From Desulfobacterales bacterium (lineage in GTDB: Bacteria; Desulfobacterota; Syntrophobacteria; B119-G9): 64,000 nt of DNA. The stretch is taken from assembly GCA_026983715.1 (NCBI GenBank), contig JALSTM010000077.1:304-64303 (forward strand), in the 5' to 3' direction. A program made the translations under genes and the position numbers. Position 1 is the stretch's first letter, and each line of letters starts with the position of its first letter. The notes under the pieces were generated by a model. That model searched no databases, had not been told where the DNA came from, and saw nothing but the letters and a program-made list of their open reading frames with translations. Below are positions 31,401 through 39,323 of this stretch, one piece after another.

Positions 31401-32220
31401 TAAAGGCCTCTTCGAAATACCCTTCCTTTTCAAGGTAGGTTACAAGAATCAACCTGGTATCTAGAGCCGGGTTTAATTCTATGCTTTTCTTAATCAACTT
31501 GATTGCCCTTTTGGTTTCTCCAAGGGAGTCCGCCATGACGGCAATCTTTTTAAGGGCAATGGGATCCATGGAATATTTTAAAGCAAGATGCGACAACTTG
31601 GAAATTGCCAAATCTTTTTGAGATGTGGCGGCAAGAGCTTTGATCTCCAGCAAGCTAAGGTCAAGATCTTTCTCTCGTTCGGGGAGCTTTTCAAGAAGCC
31701 TAAGAATTCTCTTGTAATCAGCTTGTCTTGCGAGAATAAAAAGGGCGTTTTTGAGTGCCCTGTTCTTTGTGGTAGGCTCCCTTGCGGTCGAAACCACGTC
31801 TAAAAAATCTTTTAAGGCTGCACTTGTTTTCCCAATCTCGCTGTACGAAGTTCCCCTGCACAGAAGTGCGTTAACTTCGTGGGGATCATGGCTTAAAATG
31901 ATAGTAGCCTGGGAAATTGCCTGGTCGTATTTCTTCAAGTTGTAGTATTGGTACATCAGTGTTAGCCTTGCCCGGTCATCCAGCGGCTTAATTTTAAGGT
32001 ATTCTTTTAATTCCTTTATGGCTTCTTCATACTTTTCTTCTTTTATGAGGCGATAAGCCATGTCAAGATGCGGATAACTCTTGAACTGTTTGATTTCCCT
32101 GGATATCCATCCTCCGTTGTTCTTTTCTTTTTCCTTGGCTGACACGGAAAAAGAGACATAGACAAGGCTACTGGTTAGAAGCAGAAAAAAGACCCAAAAT
32201 ATTTTTAAATGCTTATTCAT
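28429..32220 (-). CDS. NfrA/PgaA/BcsC-like outer-membrane exopolysaccharide export protein: signal peptide, very long TPR array, C-terminal beta-barrel
   Basis: 1263 aa; many TPR units; last ~300 aa are Gly/aromatic-rich alternating strands ending in aromatic residue '...LTLIISY'; overlaps the upstream GT2 synthase gene by 8 nt. Confidence 0.7.
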   Translation of the reverse strand: MNKHLKIFWVFFLLLTSSLVYVSFSVSAKEKEKNNGGWISREIKQFKSYPHLDMAYRLIKEEKYEEAIKELKEYLKIKPLDDRARLTLMYQYYNLKKYDQAISQATIILSHDPHEVNALLCRGTSYSEIGKTSAALKDFLDVVSTAREPTTKNRALKNALFILARQADYKRILRLLEKLPEREKDLDLSLLEIKALAATSQKDLAISKLSHLALKYSMDPIALKKIAVMADSLGETKRAIKLIKKSIELNPALDTRLILVTYLEKEGYFEEAFKILNSVTLPPANNERRVKIARKKGTLAYKLGKLKLAEKFYREALRVKRDPEVMRELVITLEKQGKLVEAEEEMAEAASLSRKPEYFLALGILQGSVGKDLEAVESLEHAIKLGLSEHDRLSAYQYLGFEQEKLGKLDKAEEAFKNALKIAPDNYKTNRALGELYLKLNKPELAQLYLSKASELKKSPAAMESLAVALEKQKKYRRALEILLQLERKTKGKDPQILTRIATLYSHTGNHRKAGDYFLKAFEVGGKKRYELLMMAATSYQAAGNPGTAIPLLKEYILKSGKKGQKIGEAHQELAILYLDTKEPKKALYHLNKALENSLRENTATKIHLQLGYLYARLGQPNKAISQFRNVLNKKRLSARVRLRALLGMANAQFEVRNYEGAEKSLERARTLATSGKLKIELFKQLGTIKLKQAKYSEARDYFYRLVEKYPKNVSYRLNLGYALDGMGLHEEAIEHFLEAYRMKKGPEILLAIANSYYLMKKPGVALHYLRLGKKDSSLLDDQKRYLLYEQCGYLALQEGALEEAEKALREALSIRNTSTARLYLGIVEARKGQPAQAISILRSGSWETLSRDKQILRKKELAKCYHQIGELKKSKTLWEELTNTSNRAETWFELGKVNKELGEKHEALRAFRRAVELDRNSIYLSAYGDALKENGKPREAIAAFKESLRKDPDQVDLHADLAYLYMQTYQNEEGVEKFKKAIDCLPLTCFGSPASEVEAELKREKYKREITALTKKFSFTAWDAFVTGDTGTIERGTLGAGERILARGTMGFEGTWVLPRIGFRDYRILEAIARTTVNLREDSLDTDSDTWQGAIGLRYKPFKKLKFKVGMERLFSIGDDSEDNWLVRGLYDWSRGYELNTVKDNWNYSYLYSEINYYFPHRDRMLWYGELRQGWSFKVYPKFVLTPHLIADGIWYTPDREDSSFIEGGIGISGKYFWGGTSYLSDHHSAELLAYYKRGELTAGGVDKRKIDGFFLTLIISY

Positions 32221-34456
32221 TTTCCTGTTCCCGTATCATTTCATCAAGGTAGGATTCTGAAAGCAATCCCAGCCGAACGAGAAGTTCTCCGAATTTTGGA
32301 GTTTCGAGTTCCTGGTGTTTCAATATATGTTCTAAATCTGACCTGGTTATCAGGCCCTTTTCAACCAGATATTCACCAAACCGAACCCTCTCCACTGCTT
32401 CATCAAGGTATTCATCCAGTGCTGACTTGAGTTCCTCACGCGTTACGAGTCCTTTATTTACAAGGATTTCCCCCAGGCGCTTATATGCCTTTTTTTGCAT
32501 TCGTGCAGCTTTGCGAAGGTCTTCTTCCGCTACTTTTCCTCGCCTGAGAGCAATTTCTCCGATCCTTGACCTGGGTTGCTTTTTCGTTAATCTTTCGTAT
32601 CCTTTCCGAATAGCGAGACTTATGTCTCCATGTGTGACGAGCTTTAGCACTATGGGCTTTCCCACCTGGTTTTCCAGTTCCGATAAAACCTCCCTTGGAA
32701 GAAGGGTTTCCGTGCCTACCTCTATTGCCCCTTTACTGGAAATTCCTATAGGGAAGACGCTATATTTGATTGCGAGCCTTCTGGGGAATTTTTTAAGGAG
32801 GTCAAGCGGGGTTTTATAGGGGTCGATTTCAGCGATTTCAAGGCCAAACTGTTGTCCCAGGGCTTGGAGCAAAATGTTTTCTGATACAAATCCCATATCC
32901 AGGAGAATTTTCCCGAGAAGCTCTTCTTTTTCCTTTTGTATCATAAGGGCTTTTTCAAGTTGACCGAGGGTTATAAACCGTTTTTCTATCAAAAGGTCTC
33001 CTAGGCGCTGTCGGTAACCTCTGAGTTCTTCCTCGGTGGGATAAACGTGTTCTGTCTTCTCCCAGGGAATAATTTTTCCTGTTGCCTTGTACCTTGCGTA
33101 AATCCAGATTGCTCGAATAGTTGCGAAAAAATTTACACAGTTTGACCACGGAAGGCGAGGTATGGCCAAGAGTGCCTGTGCAGGCCCGTACATGTTCCAC
33201 ACGCAGCAAACCCTCCAAGTTAATCTCCAGCAAAGGAAAAAGAGGTTAATCAGAAGGAGAGTCCAAAGTAGTGTGCCAGGGGAAATCAAGGGAGGATAAT
33301 GGTAAGCGGAAGGGTTTTTCCACTCGTAGATAAAGAGGCCTATTATAAAAATTGCAAGCACATTTCCCAGCAGGTTAATCTGGTTGGTGATGAGAGACTT
33401 TCTATCCCGATAGAGCATAAACTTGTTCATGAAACTTCCGTACCAACCAACATAAGACCATCCCTGCAAGGCGATTCCAACGACCCAGCGGGATTTCTGT
33501 CTCACTGCATCCGTAAATCTTTTCGGAAAAAATTCCTGTACCGCTATGTACTCCTTCTTTTTTTTCTTTTGGATTTTTCCATTTCTCGGGAGCGTGATTT
33601 CTCTCTCAATGGCTTTCCTGACAAAAATCTGCTCCAGGTTAAACTCGCCCATCTCGAGACCCAGTTCGTAGTCTTCGGCGAGAGAGTGTACGTTTAGAAT
33701 TTGGCCCCTGTTCTTTTCCCGCAGTAGTTCAACGGTTCTTCTGCTAAGCGCTGTGCCGACACCGGCAGAAGGCAGTATTTTGGTTAAACTTTCCCGGACC
33801 ACGAGATCACGGGTATGGTTTTCTGCAAATTCGTCCAAGTAATGGTTTCTCGTAAACTGATACCATTCCCCTGCAATCGGTAAAACCGGAAGCTGGATCA
33901 TGTCCTTGCGAGGAATTAGGTAATTGAAAAGTTTAAGAGTCAAGGGATGTAATATGTCTTCTGCGTCTTCTATCACGAAAATCTCGAACTTCCTGTCATG
34001 TTCTTTTTCGTATACCCGGATTCCTTCAAACACCCAGTTTAGACAGTCCGCTTTGTTCGTAGGACCATTCTTAGGGCAGGTTATGCGCTCTACGTTGTCG
34101 TAATGCTCGCGGACAATATCTATTTCTTTTCTTGTTTCCGGGTCATTGGGGTAGGTGCCCACAAAGATTGTATAGTTACTATAGTTTAGGGTCCTTAATG
34201 TGTTTTCAACCATGTTCCTAATAACAGCACTTTCATCCCAACAGGGGATCAAGATTGCAACCGGTTTCTCAGGAACACCCTGCAACTGCCTTTCATCTAG
34301 TGGTTTGTACTTTTTCATCACGAAGAACTTCCTGTATAGAGTCCTAAATATCCAGTACAGATCGATGGATAGTTCCTCGATTCCGTTCCACGTAAAGACT
34401 ACTCCGCAGACTATCAGGAGTATCTTGGTAGCTAGTAGTATATAAGCCATGATCAT
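32213..34456 (-). CDS. NfrB-like inner-membrane family-2 glycosyltransferase (EPS synthase) with C-terminal GSPII_E_N/MshEN c-di-GMP-binding domain and four further tandem MshEN motifs
   Basis: N-terminal TM, GT2 core (ILIPCWDE...DAED...), 4-6 TM block, then 'RLGDLLIEKRFITLGQLEKALMIQ' plus 'RIGEIALRRGKVAEEDLRKAARMQ', 'RLGEILVNKGLVTREELKSALDEY', 'RFGEYLVEKGLITRSDLEHILKHQ', 'KFGELLVRLGLLSESYLDEMIREQ'; 747 aa versus 745 aa for E. coli NfrB. Confidence 0.75.
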   Translation of the reverse strand: MIMAYILLATKILLIVCGVVFTWNGIEELSIDLYWIFRTLYRKFFVMKKYKPLDERQLQGVPEKPVAILIPCWDESAVIRNMVENTLRTLNYSNYTIFVGTYPNDPETRKEIDIVREHYDNVERITCPKNGPTNKADCLNWVFEGIRVYEKEHDRKFEIFVIEDAEDILHPLTLKLFNYLIPRKDMIQLPVLPIAGEWYQFTRNHYLDEFAENHTRDLVVRESLTKILPSAGVGTALSRRTVELLREKNRGQILNVHSLAEDYELGLEMGEFNLEQIFVRKAIEREITLPRNGKIQKKKKKEYIAVQEFFPKRFTDAVRQKSRWVVGIALQGWSYVGWYGSFMNKFMLYRDRKSLITNQINLLGNVLAIFIIGLFIYEWKNPSAYHYPPLISPGTLLWTLLLINLFFLCWRLTWRVCCVWNMYGPAQALLAIPRLPWSNCVNFFATIRAIWIYARYKATGKIIPWEKTEHVYPTEEELRGYRQRLGDLLIEKRFITLGQLEKALMIQKEKEELLGKILLDMGFVSENILLQALGQQFGLEIAEIDPYKTPLDLLKKFPRRLAIKYSVFPIGISSKGAIEVGTETLLPREVLSELENQVGKPIVLKLVTHGDISLAIRKGYERLTKKQPRSRIGEIALRRGKVAEEDLRKAARMQKKAYKRLGEILVNKGLVTREELKSALDEYLDEAVERVRFGEYLVEKGLITRSDLEHILKHQELETPKFGELLVRLGLLSESYLDEMIREQENE

Positions 34457-35673
34457 AAATTCAATTTCAGTTTCATATTGGTTTCTGTCTTCCCAGTTCG
34501 TCGAGAAAAATCAGGAGATGAAAATTGCTCTTCAGCCTCAAGCAGGGGAGCGACTCCACGACTAAACCTTTCGATGGCAAGCCTTATGCGCCTACTTGCA
34601 TGTCCGTCACCAAAGGGGTTAGGCATATCGAAACAACGAAAACGCTTCTCGGTATCCAGAATCTTCATCACTTCTTCGACGATTCTTTTCCTGTTTCTCC
34701 CTGCCAAAACACCACGATTTTGATATATAATTTCAGGACGTTCAGTGTGATCCCTCAGTATTACTAAGGGCACGTTATAATATGTTGCCTCTTCCTGTAT
34801 TCCGCCTGAATCTGTCATTGTGAGAGTTGAGTTCTTGAGCGTGTATAACGTGTCCGGGTAATCCAAAGGTTCCAGGAGGTGAACTCTCCTGTTTGGCTCT
34901 AGAATCGATTTCACAGTTGCTCTAACCCTCGGGTTCATGTGTAGCGGGAAAATAAATTCGACATCAGATCGAAGTGAGCTTATTTCATTTATGGCATCGC
35001 AAATATTGCGGAGAGGCTGCCCCCAGGATTCCCGACGATGAGATGTTACGAGTATAATCTTATTGTTACCCTGGCTTAGATTATGGATAAATCTTTTGAT
35101 GTTCACCGATGCAAACTTCTCCATCTTTTTGATAGCATCTATGACCGGATTGCCGGTCACATAGATGGTGTCTTCAGGAATTCCTTCGGTTAAGAGGTTT
35201 TTCTTAGCTGTAAGAGTTGGTGCAAGGTGCACACTTGTAATGGTACTTATTAGCTTCCTATTTCCTTCCTCGGGATAAGGACTATACAAGTTGTGTGTAC
35301 GCAAGCCGGCTTCAACGTGAAATACTGGGATCTTGCAATAATAGGCTACAAGGGCTGAAGCGAACGCACTGGAAGTATCTCCCTGCACAAGAAAGATATC
35401 AGGTGCTAAATCCGCTATAGCAACATCCATTTTCATTGTAATTCGCGAGATAATCTGGTTGAGTGATTGTTGATGTTCCATGATTCCAAGATCTATGTCG
35501 GGGGTTATGTCAAAGACTTTTAAAATGCGTTGTAACATGTCGTTGTGTTGCCCCGTGGTTACAACAAGCGTTTGAATGTCTCCAGATTCTTTCAGGGCTT
35601 TAATTACAGGACCCAGTTTTATCGCTTCGGGCCTGGTGCCGACGGCAACAAGAATTTTTGGTAGAGTGGTCAT
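34453..35673 (-). CDS. wecB: UDP-N-acetylglucosamine 2-epimerase (non-hydrolysing), WecB/MnaA (NfrC equivalent)
   Basis: 'KILVAVGTRPEAIKLGPVIKAL', 'HVEAGLRT', 'DSGGIQEEA' motifs; 4-nt overlap (ATGA) with the downstream GT2 gene. Confidence 0.9.
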   Translation of the reverse strand: MTTLPKILVAVGTRPEAIKLGPVIKALKESGDIQTLVVTTGQHNDMLQRILKVFDITPDIDLGIMEHQQSLNQIISRITMKMDVAIADLAPDIFLVQGDTSSAFASALVAYYCKIPVFHVEAGLRTHNLYSPYPEEGNRKLISTITSVHLAPTLTAKKNLLTEGIPEDTIYVTGNPVIDAIKKMEKFASVNIKRFIHNLSQGNNKIILVTSHRRESWGQPLRNICDAINEISSLRSDVEFIFPLHMNPRVRATVKSILEPNRRVHLLEPLDYPDTLYTLKNSTLTMTDSGGIQEEATYYNVPLVILRDHTERPEIIYQNRGVLAGRNRKRIVEEVMKILDTEKRFRCFDMPNPFGDGHASRRIRLAIERFSRGVAPLLEAEEQFSSPDFSRRTGKTETNMKLKLNL

Positions 35674-36204
35674 TTGGTTTACGCGTTTTTGTCAGGAAAC
35701 AGCCTAAAATCGGGTAATAATCAGCAACGTACCATTAAGCAACGTTTGGGTAATCTCTAACGATTAATTTATTACAATACTTTTATGATTATTAATTGCC
35801 TGTTTTCGCAAAGATAATATTTTCTATTTAAATGATAAAGATTCATGTTTTCGTACACTAAACTAGCAATAATATCAAGTGATTTCGGTCAAAAGTTTTA
35901 TTATTCCACAAGCTATCCTGATTTTTAGCAAAAGGAATTATCAAAGTTAGACTTATTCGATACTTTTTTGGGGGGCCAGTGGAGACTTTCCTATTGACTA
36001 TTTTTTGTGATCCCTATATTTATACCCGGTTAGTTGAACAGATTTGATGGTCGTCAGTTAATGCCCACCAAGCCGGATACTGCCCTATGATCGGTGATAG
36101 TGAAAATAGTTATCGGGCACTGTAACCGAGTTTGCGGAGCTGTACCCTCCGGAATTTTGCCAGCTTTTGGTTATATCCAAAATTGTTTGTTTAACCGCAA
36201 ATAA

Positions 36205-36783
36205 ATGTTAGAAGCTCTTATAACATCCAAAACACGTCTCCGTGTTCTAATGCGTTTGTTCTTAAATCCTGAACAAGAGGTGTATATAAGGAAACTTGCC
36301 TCCGAGTTTGGAATATCATCAAATCTTGCAAGCGAAGAATTTCATTCGCTAAGCAAGGCGGGATACCTCGTTAGCAGAAAAGACGGAAGGCAAATATTTT
36401 ATCGAGCAAATACTAAGCACCCTCTTTTTCCGGAAATTCATTCAATGGTAAGAAAAGCCATTGGGGTTAAGCATATCGAGGAAATTATTTTGAAAAAACT
36501 GGGCAACGTTGAACAGGCTTTCGTTGTCGATGACTATGCTGAGGGAAGAGATACGGGAGTTATTGATTTGGTTATAGTTGGTGATATTAATAGAAGTAAT
36601 CTGAACAACTTGGTAGAAAAGACCGAAAGGCTCATTAAAAGAAAGATACGTTCACTAGTGCTGGATAGAAAAGAATTTTTGAACCTAAAAACATATTTTG
36701 CCGATAGGCCAAAGTTGACGCTTTACCCTTTGGGTTTTGAGTCCCTGGAGATCCCTTCTGGAGAAATCACGCTAAACGCTTAA
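36205..36783 (+). CDS. Winged-HTH (ArsR-like) regulator fused to a nucleotidyltransferase-like domain
   Basis: N-terminal wHTH (IRKLASEFGISSNLASEEFHSLSKAGYLVSRKDGRQIFYR); C-terminal 'GVIDLVIVGD' Pol-beta-like NTase signature. Confidence 0.5.
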   Translation: MLEALITSKTRLRVLMRLFLNPEQEVYIRKLASEFGISSNLASEEFHSLSKAGYLVSRKDGRQIFYRANTKHPLFPEIHSMVRKAIGVKHIEEIILKKLGNVEQAFVVDDYAEGRDTGVIDLVIVGDINRSNLNNLVEKTERLIKRKIRSLVLDRKEFLNLKTYFADRPKLTLYPLGFESLEIPSGEITLNA

Positions 36784-37511
36784 GGAGGGTTGGATTTTCG
36801 GTCTTGAGATTTGGGTGGAGAAATGAGTCTAAGTTTGCAAAATTCTTCGCTTTTCTGTGCCTTGGCGGGAGAAAGACATATGCTCCCGTAGAGACGCGGA
36901 GCTGCCGCGAATACACTAAGATAATTTAATTTATTTCGGTAAACGTTTTATTCTCGGAAATTCCTGGAAAGGCGTTAAATATACTGCTGAAGGGATATTA
37001 AAGTTTATTTAACTGGGATAAAGAGGTAAAATTTTTAGTAAAGGAATTCAATTTCAAGCTTTTATGATGTTTAAGCTATTCCGGGATGTCGTAGGAATAC
37101 CAGTGGTTTTTGGTGAAACTATCAAGAAAATCACCGCATAAATTTCCAATGTCAACATTTGACCTCGTGACCACCATGAGTAAAAAGCATGGAAAAAGAG
37201 TTTTGGATAAAGCACCCTTTGGAAACATGTCGATTCTTGAGAAGAGGGGGATTTAATTATTTTCCCGCTGAAACCAGTAAGCACAATTGGAAGGTGCAAT
37301 CCGTCTGATAAAAGGCTTTGTTAAGCTGTGTGAGATCATTCTCAGTTTGATGAGAGGAGCAAGGGAGGTCTTCTGGTTGTTTAAAACAGGAAGTGTTGAA
37401 AGAAAGCTAAAGCTTTTTACTCAACTCATTCAGGGTAAAGTTCTAAGGCAGCAAAGCCGCAACCAAAACCCAGGACAAAGATTGATGGTTTCGTAAAAAG
37501 TCCAAAAACCG

Positions 37512-37804
37512 GTCATTGCGAGGATCCCAAACCCACTTTATGACAATGTTTTCGGCTTAATTTCAAGATGTATGGTTTAAAGTGGGTGTGGGAGACGCGG
37601 CAATCTCATCAGCAAGAGATTGAGGATTAGGGATGAATCAGCTTCTGGTTTACTCCTTAATCCATCAATTCTTACCCCGGTCTTGCCCCCATAATCATTG
37701 AGATTGCTTCGCTTCGCTCGCAATGACAAAACAGGAGATTTTTTGCGATACTGTCAGGATTAAGACACGCTAAAGCGTTACATGTTTATAGGGAAGTATT
37801 CTAA
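37512..37804. repeat. Copy B of the MITE-like intergenic repeat (TIR gtcattgCgag/ctcgcaatgac, core 'gagattgcttcg', 41-nt module in forward orientation), longer than copy A
   Basis: See copy A; 37764-37804 'gacacgctaaagcgttacatgtttatagggaagtattctaa' is the reverse complement of 10572-10612 (about 36/41 identical). Confidence 0.6.
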
Positions 37805-38173
37805 CAATCAAACTTGACATTCTGAGCAGTGTGCAAAACCAAGGGTTTAATTTCAAACTTGTAGTTATTAGTGTTTTTGGTAGAATCGTGGATAAATTAA
37901 AAAGACACTGATAAGTTGGGGCTTATAACACCAAGAATTAATTAAAACAAGTAGGACAAGAACAATTCAAAACCGTGATTCAGGTAGGAGCGAAACGTAA
38001 GGCCAGAATCTACCACTCTCCGGCTGGATGCGTGGTAGAAGCCTGCCCCTGATTGAATCAAGGGGGCTGGCATTACGTACAAAAGGCCATATGGCTATCT
38101 GAAGATTTAATCGGAGGGTCCTCAACATATAAGGTAATTATCGAGGTGTAAAAAAGATCGTCTTTATAACGTC

Positions 38174-39271
38174 ATGAGATCTTACTTCAAAGACAAACGT
38201 GTTCTTGTTACAGGAGCTTGCGGAACTGTTGGTCGTGAGCTTGTCCGTCAGTTGTTGGAAAACTACGGCGTCAGCGAACTTGTTGCTCTTGATAATAATG
38301 AAACCGAACTTTTTATTCTTGAAGAACGTCTTTCAAGTTATAGTAATAGTTCTTTCTTTTTAGCCGACATCAGAGACCGTGACAAACTTTGCCGCAAAAT
38401 GCAACACATGCATATAGTCTTTCATACTGCTGCATTTAAACACGTTATCATGTGTGAACGTTCACCTTTCGAAGCGGTACAAACTAATATCCTTGGTGTC
38501 AACAATATCATTTATGCGGCCTTAGAAAACAAAGTTGAACGGGTAATTTTTACAAGCTCAGATAAAGCGGTAAACCCAACAAACGTCATGGGAACTTCCA
38601 AGCTTATGGGTGAGCGTCTTATGACTGCAGCTAACGGTAATCTGCGAGATGGGCGTCAAATATTTGCTTCAACCCGGTTTGGAAATGTGTTGGGTTCCCG
38701 AGGTTCAGTGATACCTATTTTCCGTGAGCAAATTCGACGAGGTGGCCCTGTAACTCTAACGGATCCATCGATGACGCGGTTTATAATGAGCGTGCAAGAG
38801 GCAGTGAGGTTGGTTATTGAATCAACCTTTCTTGCAAGAGGTGGAGAGGTTTTTATCACCAAAATGCCAGTGATGCGAATACAGGACCTTGCTAAGGTCA
38901 TGATAGAGGAATTGGCTCCGGTTTATGGGTATCACCCGGACGAGATAGAAATAAAGCTGATCGGTGTAAAAGCGGGCGAAAAAATGTACGAGGAACTCAT
39001 GAACCATGAAGAAACAAGAAGAGCAGTGGAACTAGAGCGTTACTTCGTGGTTTTACCCGCATTCACAGGTCTTTACCGCAAAATAGATTATTCATATCCT
39101 ACTACTCTTTCTACCCATGTAACAAATCCTTATAATTCCGCAATTGAAAAGCCTCTTTCAGCCGACGAACTTCGACACTTTCTCGTAGAAAACAAACTCT
39201 TAGAGGAAGATTTGTACACTTATCGTCATCCTGCAAGACGTTATTGGCCGAACGAAAAAGAGGGTCAATGA
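38174..39271 (+). CDS. UDP-GlcNAc 4,6-dehydratase, PseB/FlaA1/CapD family (extended SDR)
   Basis: 'VLVTGACGTVGREL', 'DKAVNPTNVMGTSKL', 'RFGNVLGSRGSVIPIF', 'MTRF' match the PseB/FlaA1 pattern. Confidence 0.8.
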   Translation: MRSYFKDKRVLVTGACGTVGRELVRQLLENYGVSELVALDNNETELFILEERLSSYSNSSFFLADIRDRDKLCRKMQHMHIVFHTAAFKHVIMCERSPFEAVQTNILGVNNIIYAALENKVERVIFTSSDKAVNPTNVMGTSKLMGERLMTAANGNLRDGRQIFASTRFGNVLGSRGSVIPIFREQIRRGGPVTLTDPSMTRFIMSVQEAVRLVIESTFLARGGEVFITKMPVMRIQDLAKVMIEELAPVYGYHPDEIEIKLIGVKAGEKMYEELMNHEETRRAVELERYFVVLPAFTGLYRKIDYSYPTTLSTHVTNPYNSAIEKPLSADELRHFLVENKLLEEDLYTYRHPARRYWPNEKEGQ

Positions 39272-39323
39272 AGTATTCTTGAGAGCTACTAGGAGTGGTT
39301 CCCGTCTACTCAGAGGTGGTTTT

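Noticed and set aside
37054-37496. 81-aa and 69-aa ORFs in the 1.4-kb gap, and a 25-codon ORF MMFKLFRDVVGIPVVFGETIKKITA
   Set aside because: None has an RBS or recognisable fold. I considered a decayed nucleotidyltransferase toxin-antitoxin remnant but could not recover an FGSxARG-type motif in any frame.
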